This document shows, one piece after another, positions 10,352 through 20,922 of a stretch of 26,953 nt of DNA; within the stretch, counting starts at the first letter, position 1, and every line of letters starts with the position of its first letter. Under the pieces are notes generated by a model. That model was not told the DNA's origin. It made no database searches and was given only the letters and a program-made list of their open reading frames with translations. The translations under genes were made by a program, and so were the position numbers. The stretch comes from Nitrososphaerales archaeon (GTDB lineage: Archaea > Thermoproteota > Nitrososphaeria > Nitrososphaerales > UBA213): positions 1 to 26,953 of the forward strand of contig CBDAOC010000004.1 in NCBI GenBank assembly GCA_965197925.1, written 5' to 3'.

Positions 10352-10925
10352 CTACGGCATAAACCGGATACTATATTTTCCGCTGTGATCCCAGTAATTT
10401 AGTAACTTAAACTCAAATCCATCAATTTCGATAAGCCCACAAAAGAGAACATCACTAACAGCCATTTGTTCGGATCTAGCAAAGAATACTATCTTCGTTG
10501 CCTTGTCAAGTATTCCCTAACAGGCTATCATCTTAGATTTGACTTGGGTTTTGATACTAACCCCCTTACTTCACGGAGGTACTAGCTGATTCTGTACTTG
10601 ATGGATGGCAATTCTCTTCTTATCAATAAAGAATTAAGTGAATATTCTATCAAATCACACATTTCTAGATCATATGACACTGCATTTTGATGATTTTCAG
10701 TAAAGTAGGTATTGGATGGTAAGAATCCTATAACAGAGCCCCCGACATTCTCCAGTACATGATCTCCAAAGTCCTCTATCAATTCAGATGCGCGATCAAG
10801 GCTACACTATAATATTCTGCTACCTGTTCAGCTGAAAGTTCTCTAACCGAACTGCTTGAATTGACTATATTTACGACAAGCCCGTAATCTGGATTGTCTC
10901 ACCTTCCACAGACTGCAAGAGCGAG
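10352..10925 (-). pseudogene. Class III adenylate/guanylate cyclase, heavily degraded
   Basis: Minus-strand fragments in order: LVVNIVNSSSSVRELSAEQVAEYY; LIEDFGDHVLENVGGSVIGF; LPSIKYRIS*; LLGNT / DKATKIVFFARSEQMAVSD. These match the VDIxxST, KxxGDxV, xRIG and GxTVNxAAKI motifs. Boundaries approximate. Confidence 0.7.
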
Positions 10926-11466
10926 TCGGCTTATCCAGTATTATTTTTACATATTCATTTATTATACATGTATCATTTTCCGTCTAGGCTTGTAGATTTT
11001 CCCCTTCTTGGTCTATTGATTTAGAGGTAAATTCTAGCATTCAAACACCTCATTCCTTACCAAAACGCCAATTCTCCTCCCAACATTTTTTGCAAATACT
11101 ATTACCGTACAAGTGATATTGATGACGGGAATTCCCAGTTAAAGCAACTTCATTTCAGTAGATATAACAATTTTTCATTACATAAGAGCGGAAATCCTTC
11201 TATTGCCAACCGATTCATTATCGAGTCGAGGATGAATCTGAGCTATATTTCCTTTTGGAATTTTCAATAATTCTTCCCCTCCCCAATATTAGGTCTAGTT
11301 AATATTATAAAATTTGTTAAAAGCAATAACACTTGAGCAGCATCTGCAAATTCGAGTACTATACCTGTAGCATCATATGCTTACCAAGTTCATCCTTATT
11401 GATGTTGACCGTACTATCTTTTGGCTTCCGCTATAACACGTTAGCAAGCTGAACCTATGATTATGC

Positions 11467-12750
11467 ATGTATTTCAAAAAATCCTCTTACCGTATATTTT
11501 ATATCATCAGATTACCATTTCAGCTTGTGCAGATCCCTGCTGAACTCTGTATAGAATGCAGAGGTACAAAGAGACTGTGTGGTTTGGCATATTGTCCTGT
11601 TATGGTAAAGATGAAAGTTAAGCCGCTAGGGTTTAATCTTTCAACGAAAATTCGAGGTTCTAGTCCACCTAGTTTGTTTGTGGGTAGATCAGGATACCCA
11701 AAAGTGATGGTGGGTCCATTACTTCCTCCCATCTTTGATGACACTTCTACCTATGACATGCCTGAATCATGGCAAAATTTAACAGTCGATGATATCTTGC
11801 ACTTTAGATTGTCACCTGTGAGGGGTACTACTCTAGTTGATGTAAAAGACATTAAGAAGGAACCCAAGATCCTTCAATCATTCCAGGAGCTGGCCATGGC
11901 GGACACATATGTTGATTCAGAAATGGTACTAACAAAGGACCCTGTTAAAACAATCCATCTAAACGAGCATATGCCACCTTTTGGCCCTTCTGGAAAGATG
12001 TTCAAATTCATTGTAAATGGAAATGTAAGGGTAGATCAAAGAATAGAGAAGGCCTATTACGATAAGGAATTGAAGGCTAATGATGCAGTAGTGCAACTTT
12101 ATACCAAGGGTGTGCCTGTATCTAGAATACAAAAGTCCTTCAGTATAGGCTCATTCGGCAAGACTAGGAGATTGGTTCCAACTAGGTGGAGTATAACTGC
12201 TGTAGATGACATAACATCAAGATCTCTACTTGGAAGGATAAAGATCCAACAAGAAATTGGAGAATTTCTTGTTTATCTAAGAAAAATCAATTTGAACATA
12301 TTCATTGCTATAGTAATTCCTGGATCATGGAGCTTCGAGTGGATTGAAGCATGGTTTCCAAACACAACATGGAACCTGATGCAGTACGGTGACCCGGCTA
12401 TAATGGGAGACAATGAAGGATATATAGGGATAGACCATTATGCCAAGGTTGGTGGTTGTTACTACTCTGCACGACTTACTGCCGCAGAAATGCTTAGCCA
12501 AATACAGAGACAGGCAGCTGTCTTAATGCTCAGGGAAATTTACCCAGGTTTCGATATCTCTTTAGGAGTATGGTTTGTAAGAGAACAATTACGTGCTATG
12601 TTAAAATCTAAACCTCATAGATTTAGCAGTATAGAACAAGTTTTTGAATTTGTGAATGGAAATCTTTTGATTCCTCTACATAAATGGATTATAAAGAGCA
12701 GATTATTACAGAATGTTTTGTTCCAGAAAAGGATCAGTGATTATACTTGA
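11467..12750 (+). CDS. nreA: Archaeal DNA repair protein NreA (DUF650/DUF651)
   Basis: N-terminal Zn finger CIECRG..LCGLAYCP, GSSPPSLFVGRSGYPKV, RLVPTRWSITAVD, GGCYYSARL, GVWFVRE, C-terminal PIP-like QKRISDY. True start is likely GTG at 11527. Confidence 0.92.
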   Translation: MYFKKSSYRIFYIIRLPFQLVQIPAELCIECRGTKRLCGLAYCPVMVKMKVKPLGFNLSTKIRGSSPPSLFVGRSGYPKVMVGPLLPPIFDDTSTYDMPESWQNLTVDDILHFRLSPVRGTTLVDVKDIKKEPKILQSFQELAMADTYVDSEMVLTKDPVKTIHLNEHMPPFGPSGKMFKFIVNGNVRVDQRIEKAYYDKELKANDAVVQLYTKGVPVSRIQKSFSIGSFGKTRRLVPTRWSITAVDDITSRSLLGRIKIQQEIGEFLVYLRKINLNIFIAIVIPGSWSFEWIEAWFPNTTWNLMQYGDPAIMGDNEGYIGIDHYAKVGGCYYSARLTAAEMLSQIQRQAAVLMLREIYPGFDISLGVWFVREQLRAMLKSKPHRFSSIEQVFEFVNGNLLIPLHKWIIKSRLLQNVLFQKRISDYT

Positions 12751-12805
12751 TTTTCTTACAAAATTGTTTTGACGAGACACTACAGTTAAAAGTATCCACA
12801 TCATC

Positions 12806-13642
12806 TTGTTTCATGTGAATCTGAAGATCGTTGCTGTGATTGTTGGTATTGCCATAGCAATGTATGGAATATTAACGCTAACGTATTTTGAACAGAATGA
12901 TTCTATTAGCGACGATTCTATTAGCGACAATGCTGGAATGTTAGGAAATTCCGAGGATGTATCGAAAATTGTAACTGCGTTAGTTGAATATGCAGAAGAC
13001 TTGAATGGGTTCCTTGCAAAACCAGATTCTACAGATAAGCATCCAGGAATAGTTATGATCCATGAATGGTGGGGGCTAAATGACAATATCAAGAATATGG
13101 CAAGGCAGATGGCAACTGATGGTTATTTAATTCTAGCAGTGGACCTTTACAATGGAGAGGTTGCTACAGATCCAACAATTGCGCGTGAGCTTACTTCGAG
13201 GGTGAGAAACAACCCAGATATTGCTATACAAAACATGAAATCGGCCGTCAGTTTTCTCAGAAATCATGAATCAGTGAATAGCGATGCGATAGGATCCCTC
13301 GGTTGGTGCTTCGGAGGAGGAATGTCCTTACAACTTGCATTAAATGAAGAAATGGCAGCTACAGGAGTTTATTATGGTAGTTTGGTGAATGATCCAACAT
13401 TAATGTCTGTAATAGAATGGCCAGTGTTAGGAATTTTTGGTAGCGAGGATATGTCAATACCAATAGATCAAGTTAAGGCATTTGAGGCGGGACTCAATGC
13501 GAATAATGTGGAAAATGAAATCTACATTTATGACGGTGTGGGTCATGCATTCGCTAATCCATCAGGCCAGAATTATGCTCCAGAACAGTCCAAAGACGCA
13601 TGGAAGAAAACAATTGAATTCTTTGATAAACATCTGAAATGA
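12806..13642 (+). CDS. Dienelactone hydrolase family protein with N-terminal membrane anchor/signal
   Basis: IHEWWGLN, nucleophile motif GWCFGGG, GHAFANPSG; hydrophobic N-terminus. Confidence 0.92.
   Translation: MFHVNLKIVAVIVGIAIAMYGILTLTYFEQNDSISDDSISDNAGMLGNSEDVSKIVTALVEYAEDLNGFLAKPDSTDKHPGIVMIHEWWGLNDNIKNMARQMATDGYLILAVDLYNGEVATDPTIARELTSRVRNNPDIAIQNMKSAVSFLRNHESVNSDAIGSLGWCFGGGMSLQLALNEEMAATGVYYGSLVNDPTLMSVIEWPVLGIFGSEDMSIPIDQVKAFEAGLNANNVENEIYIYDGVGHAFANPSGQNYAPEQSKDAWKKTIEFFDKHLK
12899..12928. repeat. Perfect in-frame 15-bp tandem duplication GATTCTATTAGCGAC x2
   Basis: Seen directly; encodes DSISD-DSISD in the linker after the TM segment. Confidence 0.9.
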
Positions 13643-14051
13643 GTTTTCTATTTGGTTTAGAACAAAACTAATGCTACAAAATTTGTGAACAAGTTTATGT
13701 TTTAATTTCTATGAAGCCATAATATGTATTTTGTATTAAAGACCAAAGAAAAAAGCCAATTACAAGATAATTGCTATTTGAACCATTACCAAATTAAAAA
13801 ATCTCTGGGATAATATTTAAAGATCTTCCTGGCCAAAATTGATGAGCGTAGACCAAGGAGGTTATTAAATAAAATAGAATCTCATGCAGAACCTAGTGTA
13901 CCATTAGAATTATTGAAGATAATAGATGGTTTATTCATTTCTCAATATGGATCTTTTTCCATTTTCATAGGAGATAAAAATGTTCTTAATATCTGGTAAA
14001 AATAACTAGAAAATTTGCAGTTTGAGTGATATGCATTACGTATATTTAGTT

Positions 14052-15144
14052 GAGGCATGGGCATTATTCCATATAACAAAAATAACTTGATGCCTCTGAT
14101 TGATTAGCTTCCCAACATATACTTCAATGCCCTTAATGGTCTTCCTGTTAGATGATTGTAGTAAACCATTACCTGATACAACAATACTGATAACAACACT
14201 ATACTCCTTACCTTATCAAATCCTCTAACTGGCAATGGATCTATGGTAAATACATCCTTCATATGCTCTATCAATGGCTCAACGCTTATGCTCCTCCGAG
14301 AATATACATGCTGTCCAAATTCAGAGTTATAGAACTGCAGCAATGCCAGTCTATTATTATCTGTAGTATGCTTGTACCTTTCCAATGGGAATACTGGATG
14401 CCCTCTATACCTGCTGAAATCACATAACTTGTGATCATCATATCCTTCATCTCCTACAACATACCTTACCATTCCTGTAGGCAATGAAGATGTTATGCTT
14501 TCATACATCTTGTTATCAGTAATGTTAGCTGTTGTGAAATCAGCTGATAATGGAACTATCAACGAACCTGTGCTACATGCTAGATGCATCTTGTATCCGA
14601 ATACCCATCCCTTGGTTCTGCTGTAGCCCCATCGAGCATCTGTATCTATACCGGAGCGTGGCACTTCATTCTTCTTCATGTTTGATCTATGCCATACATG
14701 TCCCTTTGCTTTCAACAAGGAACTATCAACGGATACTATGGATGAGTCTACCAACCCATCTTTTATGAAGAGCATACCCATAACATCTATCCTTGATCTT
14801 ATGTCAATTGATATGGCCTTGACCTTCTGTCGAATGTTCTTCTGTCTGGCAACCTATCAAGACCACATGCCTTCATTACCTTCCTGTTGCATGGCATGTC
14901 TATCGAATAGTATTCATGCAAAGCATTGTTGCTTGGTATTCTTACCCATACTCTAACGATGAAGCATCTCATCATTACTGTAGGAGAATAGTAGAATGGT
15001 CTACCCCTTTTCCTATTAGGTTTTGACTAGAATCACGTCAATCAAAAATAATATACGAAGGAGTATGGAGTCTGAGCTAAACACATTACCAATATGAACT
15101 AGAACCTGATCTTATCGTTTCGAACTAAATTACGCCCAAGCCTC
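14052..15144 (-). mobile_element. Insertion sequence, copy 2 of 3
   Basis: Ends GAGGCATGGGCATTATT / AATTACGCCCAAGCCTC; collinear with copy 1. Confidence 0.92.
14104..15084 (-). pseudogene. DDE transposase, frameshifted in the 5' third
   Basis: Only the C-terminal 225 aa are open. Relative to copy 1 a base is missing near 14822 (TTGACCT vs TTGAACCT) and there are further indels near the 5' end. Confidence 0.85.
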
Positions 15145-15263
15145 AACTAATTACCTGATTATTCCTCATAATTTCAACAAAAAAATGAGACAAAATAAAG
15201 GCTTATCTGATGGGCCGAAATCTGTTTAGTCCATTGAGCCTTTGACGTTACGAAACAAATCAT

Positions 15264-15280
15264 AAAAGTTCTTATAATTA
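15264..15280 (+). promoter_or_regulatory. Putative BRE/TATA promoter of cofG-cofH (leaderless)
   Basis: AAAAGTTCTTATAATTA, with TTATAA 22-27 nt upstream of the TTG start at 15299. Confidence 0.4.
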
Positions 15281-15298
15281 GGGATCGTCAAATTTGTA

Positions 15299-16471
15299 TT
15301 GTTTGGTCTAAAAGAGATCCTTGACCACTCTTCTTTCAATCAAGAATTAGACAAAGAAGAGGGATATGCGCTTATGCGTAGTGATATCAAAAAGTTATCC
15401 GAACTCGCCAACAGTATTAGGGAAATCAATAAGGGCAAGATAATGACATATTCAAGGAAGGTGTTCATACCTTTAACAAATCTATGCAGAGATACTTGTT
15501 CTTATTGTACTTACAAAAAGGAGCCAGAGAGCCCTGATGTCACTATGATGAATCCTGAACAGATACTTGATATTGCTGAAAAGGGCAAAAAGGCAAATTG
15601 CACGGAAGCGTTGTTCGTTACTGGAGAAAGGCCTGAACAGAAATATCCTGAAGCTAGACACTGGCTGAGATCAATGGGCTATTCCAGTACAGTTGAATAC
15701 ATAATTCACATGAGCGAGCTTGTGCTTAAGAAGGTGGGACTATTACCTCATACAAATGCTGGTAATCTGACGAGGGAGGAGATGATTCAGTTGAAGGAGG
15801 TGAACCCAAGTTTAGGGTTGATGTTGGAGAATGTAAGCGAGAGGTTATGCTCTCCTGGTATGCCTCACGAACTAGCTCCCAGTAAGCATCCTAAGGCAAG
15901 ATTGAAGACTCTTGAAACTGCTGGAAAGCTGAGGGTACCTTTTACAACGGGTTTGCTCATTGGTATTGGTGAAACTCCTGAAGAACTCATAGATTCCTTA
16001 TTCACAATTAAACGGTTACATGAAAGGTATGGGCATATACAAGAGATAATAATTCAGAATTTCAGTCCGAAAATAAATACACCGCTAGCCTTGGCTCCAA
16101 TCCCCACAATAGATTACATGTTAAGAGCCATTGCAATAGCTAGGATAATCATGCCTCAGATGAATATACAAATTCCACCAAACCTTAATCCTAATAGATA
16201 TAGCATATTTTTCAAGGCGGGGATAAATGATTTTGGGGGTGTTTCACCGGTTACAGTAGACCACGTTAATCCGGAATTTTCATGGCCAAAGATTGTTGAT
16301 ATTAAAAATACAAGTGAAAGAAATGGATTCAAGTTTAAAGCCAGACTGCCAATTTATCCTGAATATATAGTGAGAGATGGTTTCCTTTCGGATAATATGA
16401 AGGAATATGTGTATGCACTAACTGATGATGAGGGTCTTGTAAGGGAGGAATATTTGCTTGGGTCACTTTAG
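15299..16471 (+). CDS. cofG: 7,8-didemethyl-8-hydroxy-5-deazariboflavin (FO) synthase subunit CofG
   Basis: TYSRKVFIPLTNLCRDTCSYC radical-SAM motif, EALFVTGERPE, LLPHTNAG, PFTTGLLIGIGET, IQIPPNL, GINDFGGVSPVTVDHVNPE. Confidence 0.95.
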   Translation: MFGLKEILDHSSFNQELDKEEGYALMRSDIKKLSELANSIREINKGKIMTYSRKVFIPLTNLCRDTCSYCTYKKEPESPDVTMMNPEQILDIAEKGKKANCTEALFVTGERPEQKYPEARHWLRSMGYSSTVEYIIHMSELVLKKVGLLPHTNAGNLTREEMIQLKEVNPSLGLMLENVSERLCSPGMPHELAPSKHPKARLKTLETAGKLRVPFTTGLLIGIGETPEELIDSLFTIKRLHERYGHIQEIIIQNFSPKINTPLALAPIPTIDYMLRAIAIARIIMPQMNIQIPPNLNPNRYSIFFKAGINDFGGVSPVTVDHVNPEFSWPKIVDIKNTSERNGFKFKARLPIYPEYIVRDGFLSDNMKEYVYALTDDEGLVREEYLLGSL

Positions 16472-17699
16472 TAATATAGACCCCATTATAGCAGACATTT
16501 TAGACAGAGCTCTTGATGAAAAGGAACTCTCCGTGCAAGATGCCGTGGAACTTTTTGAATGTGGTGATTACGAGCTTACTGCATTAAAATTCGTTGCAGA
16601 TGAGCTTAGGAAGAGGAAAGTTGGTGACTTGGTGACATTTGTAGTCAACAGAAATGTGAACTTCACAAATGTATGTATAAAACGCTGTGGCTTCTGTGCC
16701 TTCAGTAAAGACTTCCGTGAAGACGAAGGTTACTTTTTGCCAATTGAAGAAATAGTGAGAAGGGCCAAGGAAGCTTGGGATCTTGGTGCGACTGAAGTTT
16801 GCATACAAGCTGGATTGCCTCCTAAAATGGACGGTTATCTTTACATAGATATTTGCAAGGCGATAAGGAAAGCATTACCTAAGATACATATTCATGGCTT
16901 TTCGCCTGAGGAGGTCCTTTATGGCGCAGTAAGATCTCAAACGAGTATTAGGGATTATCTAAAGATGTTGAAGGAAGCTGGTGTAGGCAGTTTACCCGGT
17001 ACTGCAGCTGAAATACTGGACCAAAATATGAGAAACAAGATTTCTCCTGGAAGAATAACTGTACATGATTGGATTGATGTCATCAAAACTGCACACAAGT
17101 TAGGTATACCTTCGACATCCACTATAATGTATGGGCATATTGAAAAACCAATCCACATAGCAAAGCACCTTGTGCTATTGAGGGAAATACAGAAGGAGAC
17201 GCATGGGTTTACGGAGTTTGTGCCCCTAAATTTCATTTATTTGGAAGCGCCTATGTTTCGCCACAAACTTCTTCCTGAAGTGAGAAATGGTGCAACTAGT
17301 ATTGAAGTTGTGAAAATGCATGCAATAGCTCGATTGATCCTCAACAATTACATAAACAATATTCAGGTGTCGTGGGTGAAAGAAGGTGCGGAGTTTTCGC
17401 AATCCCTTTTGGATGCTGGTGTAAATGACTTTGGTGGCACTCTGATAAATGAAAGCATATCAACTGCCGCTGGTGCCGAACATGGACAACTGCTGAGACC
17501 TAGAGAGATAAGGGATCTGATAAGAAGAGCTGGGAGAATACCAGCACAGAGATCAACTTCATATAAAATTCTAAAGGTATATGACACCGAAGAATATGAT
17601 GAGCCCTTGGATAAGATAAACGATGTTTCCATTTTTGGCTCTTACCATCAACTTATAAAACTTGATAAATATAGATTCAACAGGTTAACGGATAATTAA
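16458..17699 (+). CDS. cofH: 5-amino-6-(D-ribitylamino)uracil--L-tyrosine 4-hydroxyphenyl transferase CofH
   Basis: VTFVVNRNVNFTNVCIKRCGFCAF, TEVCIQAG, PGTAAEIL, NIQVSWVKEG, GGTLINESIS.AAGA; overlaps the cofG end. Confidence 0.93.
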   Translation: MGHFSNIDPIIADILDRALDEKELSVQDAVELFECGDYELTALKFVADELRKRKVGDLVTFVVNRNVNFTNVCIKRCGFCAFSKDFREDEGYFLPIEEIVRRAKEAWDLGATEVCIQAGLPPKMDGYLYIDICKAIRKALPKIHIHGFSPEEVLYGAVRSQTSIRDYLKMLKEAGVGSLPGTAAEILDQNMRNKISPGRITVHDWIDVIKTAHKLGIPSTSTIMYGHIEKPIHIAKHLVLLREIQKETHGFTEFVPLNFIYLEAPMFRHKLLPEVRNGATSIEVVKMHAIARLILNNYINNIQVSWVKEGAEFSQSLLDAGVNDFGGTLINESISTAAGAEHGQLLRPREIRDLIRRAGRIPAQRSTSYKILKVYDTEEYDEPLDKINDVSIFGSYHQLIKLDKYRFNRLTDN

Positions 17700-17730
17700 T
17701 TTGCCGGTTACTTGTCATTACTTTATTTCA

Positions 17731-18192
17731 TTATTTTATATCATATCTCATACCAATAGAGGATTTTCTGAAACCAATTTTTTCATAAAATGATGTATTT
17801 TTCTCAGAACAATCCAAAATCACTTTGTAACAGTCATTTTCTTTAGCACGTTTTAGAGATGCTTGAACAAGTGCAGAGCCTATGCCAACCCCTTCGTATC
17901 CAGCCCTCGTGACCACATCTTCTATATGCCCAACCTTCCTACCATTATGAATAAATTTCTGTTCAACCAGCAAGGTAGTTAACCCTACAACCTCTTTGTC
18001 ATCCATGATAGCAACGAAGATATTGTATAGAGGGTTTGATTTAATTTCTTGAAATATTTTTTTGGCTCTTTGAGGTTCACTTGAAATTTCTCCCACATCT
18101 GTCAGATTGGAGATAGTTTGGAAAAAACCTCTTTGCAGGTCACCTTCTTCTATTTCACGAACAATAAAGTTGATTTTCGTCTGTGATGGCAT
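17731..18192 (-). CDS. GNAT acetyltransferase, glucosamine-6-phosphate N-acetyltransferase (GNA1)-like
   Basis: LLVEQKFIH..GHIEDVV, G.GIG, CYKVILDC, FYEKIGF. Confidence 0.88.
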   Translation of the reverse strand: MPSQTKINFIVREIEEGDLQRGFFQTISNLTDVGEISSEPQRAKKIFQEIKSNPLYNIFVAIMDDKEVVGLTTLLVEQKFIHNGRKVGHIEDVVTRAGYEGVGIGSALVQASLKRAKENDCYKVILDCSEKNTSFYEKIGFRKSSIGMRYDIK

Positions 18193-18860
18193 TGATTATA
18201 TCCCGTATCTCTATACAATAATAATAAATCTTATGTAAGGAGTAGGTTTCTAATTTAGACTCGTACCGATGAACTTAAATCTAGATATGCTTCATCAAGT
18301 ATCCAGATGGTTCTAAAGTTTGCTATAAATTAGTATTTTAGAATACGACAATTCGCTGATGTAATAGATCATTTTAAAAATTAATAAATTGAAATCATAA
18401 TATCCCCAAAAGGATTACCTGATTCATGAACCAAAAATTAAGTTCATTAAACAAAGATATAACAAATGGTTAAGAGGTTTAATTACTCGTAATTCTGTAT
18501 AGAACAATTCAATTACTTATGCATAGTAAATCAAGTCATTTTCTTATTCCCTGTGACATTTCCTTATCAATTAAAACATTATTAGAGATCATATTAAAAG
18601 AATTCTTACTATAGAAAAAAGCCCATACCAAGCTATTTGATTAGAGTTAGGAATCTTCTAAATCAAATACATAATCAAATTTACGCCCATTGCTAGTCAG
18701 CTCAATATAATGATGGTTGCAAAGACGACTGTAAACCAAGGTACCATCAGGTTCCTCAAACCATACTTCAAATTTAGGATATTCTCCACAGATTCCTTGG
18801 AAATAGCAAAAGGGGTTTTGTGATCATCATATAATCTAGCAAGATCAATGAATGGATGAC

Positions 18861-19741
18861 GAAGTCATCCCAATACTCTCCAATACATCATAATCGACGA
18901 AATGATAACAAATGCCAGATAGTTTTGTGCATTCTTCTCATATCTGATCCTGGTTCTGTGGAACCCATTCTTCAACCAGGCAAAGAATCTCTCCACAACA
19001 TAGCGCGTCTTGCCGTATAGGTATTGTTCTGTATCATCATTTTGTTGTTGTGTCTTACTGTTTTTTCTGTAAGGTATGCAGTCAGAGATTTTTCTTTTGG
19101 TGAGGTATTTCCTGATGAATTCTGCATCATAGCCCTTGTCTGCTTGGCACCGCGCAATTTTTCTGATAGATCTCTCATCCAGATATTGTGAGATGCCATC
19201 CATCACGTCTACAAATCTTGCAGAGTCATGCTGATTTGCAGGACATTACTACTGAGACTGGCAGTCCGTTTTGTTCCACCGCAACGTGTATTTTTGTGCC
19301 TGAAATCCTGTTGAATCCGTTGTATCCTATGACGCTTCCCCTTTTTTGGCCGGAACTGATGACGAATCGACTGATATTTTTTGCAGCTGCATCTTGCCTG
19401 ATCTGTGGGCTGATTTGACTGCAGCGGAGAGGATATTCTTCCATATTCCACGTCGCTGCCAGTTCTGCAGTCTGCGGTGCGCAGTTGATTTGGAGTCGTA
19501 CCTTTGTGACATCCCAGTCCACCTGCATCCTGTTATCCCGACAAACAGGATTCCGTTGACTGTCTTTCTGTCGTCTGCCCTTGGCCTTCCGGTTCTGGCT
19601 GGCTTTGGGAGATGCGGTGATATCATCTTCCATTGTTCACCTGTTATCTCCTGAAATTTCATGATCTGCTACGGGCAGCATTGCAAATAGATCCAAATGA
19701 TCGTCAATTATTCACTAAGTGATCAGTTTTGGGATCAGTTG
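18861..19741 (-). mobile_element. IS5-family insertion sequence (IS427/IS1031-like, two-ORF)
   Basis: Imperfect IRs AAGTCATCCCAATACT (18862-18877) and AGTTTTGGGATCAGTT (19725-19740) match at 13/16. Higher GC than the flanks. Ends uncertain by about 1 nt. Confidence 0.85.
18865..19662 (-). pseudogene. IS5 transposase with a programmed -1 frameshift site plus an extra, probably inactivating, frameshift
   Basis: OrfA 19662..19327 (EQW..I.PHLP..GRPR.DDR...NGIL...TGCRW; VDSS). A6G4 slippery site at 19338-19347 leads to GTKIHVAVEQNGLP. A second shift near 19243 is needed to reach PANQHD...ADKGYD...RYVVERFFAWLK. Confidence 0.85.
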
Positions 19742-19831
19742 ATATTAAAACCAACTACTATCCTTTGCCTAGGAGAATCGTCTTTACCTCTGTATAAAGG
19801 AAATGTAGAATCATATAACCCATAAATATCT

Positions 19832-20922
19832 GAGGCATGGGCATTATTCCATATAACAAAAATAACTTGATGCATCTGATTGATTAACTTCCGAGCATGT
19901 GCTTCAATGCCCTTAATGGTCTTCCTGTTAGATGATTGTAGTAAACCATTACCTGATACAACAATACTGATAACAACACTATACTCCTTACCTTATCAAA
20001 TCCTCTAACTGGCAATGGATCTATGGTAAATACATCCTTCATATGCTCTATCAATGGCTCAACGCTTATGCTCCTCCGAGAATATACATGCTGTCCAAAT
20101 TCAGAGTTATAGAACTGCAGCAATGCCAGTCTATTATCTGTAGTATGCCTATACCTTTCCAATGGGAATACTGGATACCCTCTATACCTGCTGAAATCAC
20201 ATAACTTGTGATCATCATATCCTTCATCTCCTACAACATACATTACCATTCCTGTAGGCAATGAAGATGTTATGCTTTCATACATCTTGTTATCAGTAAT
20301 GTTAGCTGTTGTGAAATCAGCTGATAATGGAACTATCAACGAACCTGTGCTACATGCTAGATGCAGTTTGTATCCGAATATCCATCCCTTGGTTCTGCTG
20401 AATCCCCATCGAGCATCTGTATCTATACCCGAGCGTGGCACTTCATTCTTCTTCATGTTTGATCTATGCCATACATGTCCCTTTGCTTTCAACAATGAAC
20501 TGTCAACGGATACTATGGCTGGGTCTACCAACCCATCTTTTATGAAGAGCATACCCATAACATCTATCCTTGATCTTATGTCAATTGATACGGCCTTGAC
20601 CTTCTGTCGAATGTTCTTCTGTCTGGCAACCTATCAAGACCACATGCCTTCATTACCTTCCTGTTGTATGGCATGTCTATCAAAAAGTTTCATGCAAAGC
20701 ATTGTTGCTTGGTATTCTTATCCATACTCTAACGATGAAGCATCTCACCATAACTGTAGGAGAATAGTAGAATGGTCTACCCCTTTTCCTAAGAGGTTTT
20801 GGCCGAATCACGTCAATCAAAAATAATATACGAAGAAGTATGGAGTCTGAGCTAAACACATTACCAATGAAAATTGAAACCTGATCTTATCGTTTCGACC
20901 GGCTTAATTATGCCCAAGCCTC
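19832..20922 (-). mobile_element. Insertion sequence, copy 3 of 3
   Basis: Ends GAGGCATGGGCATTATT / AATTATGCCCAAGCCTC; closely similar to copy 2. Confidence 0.92.
19884..20859 (-). pseudogene. DDE transposase, frameshifted in the 5' third
   Basis: C-terminal 224 aa open; same TTGACCT single-base loss as copy 2 (near 20598). Confidence 0.85.

Noticed and set aside
16458..17699. MqnC/MqnE (menaquinone) assignment for the second radical-SAM gene
   Set aside because: Overlap with cofG and the NIQVSWVK / GGTLINESIS motifs favour CofH.
4146..20826. Plus-strand ORFs inside IS copies (4146, 4274, 14550, 14678, 19188, 19346, 20272) and antisense ORFs inside larB, purK/purE, DUF99, nreA, DLH and cofH
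   Set aside because: They overlap well-supported genes on the opposite strand and have no motifs. Their recurrence only reflects the IS repeats.
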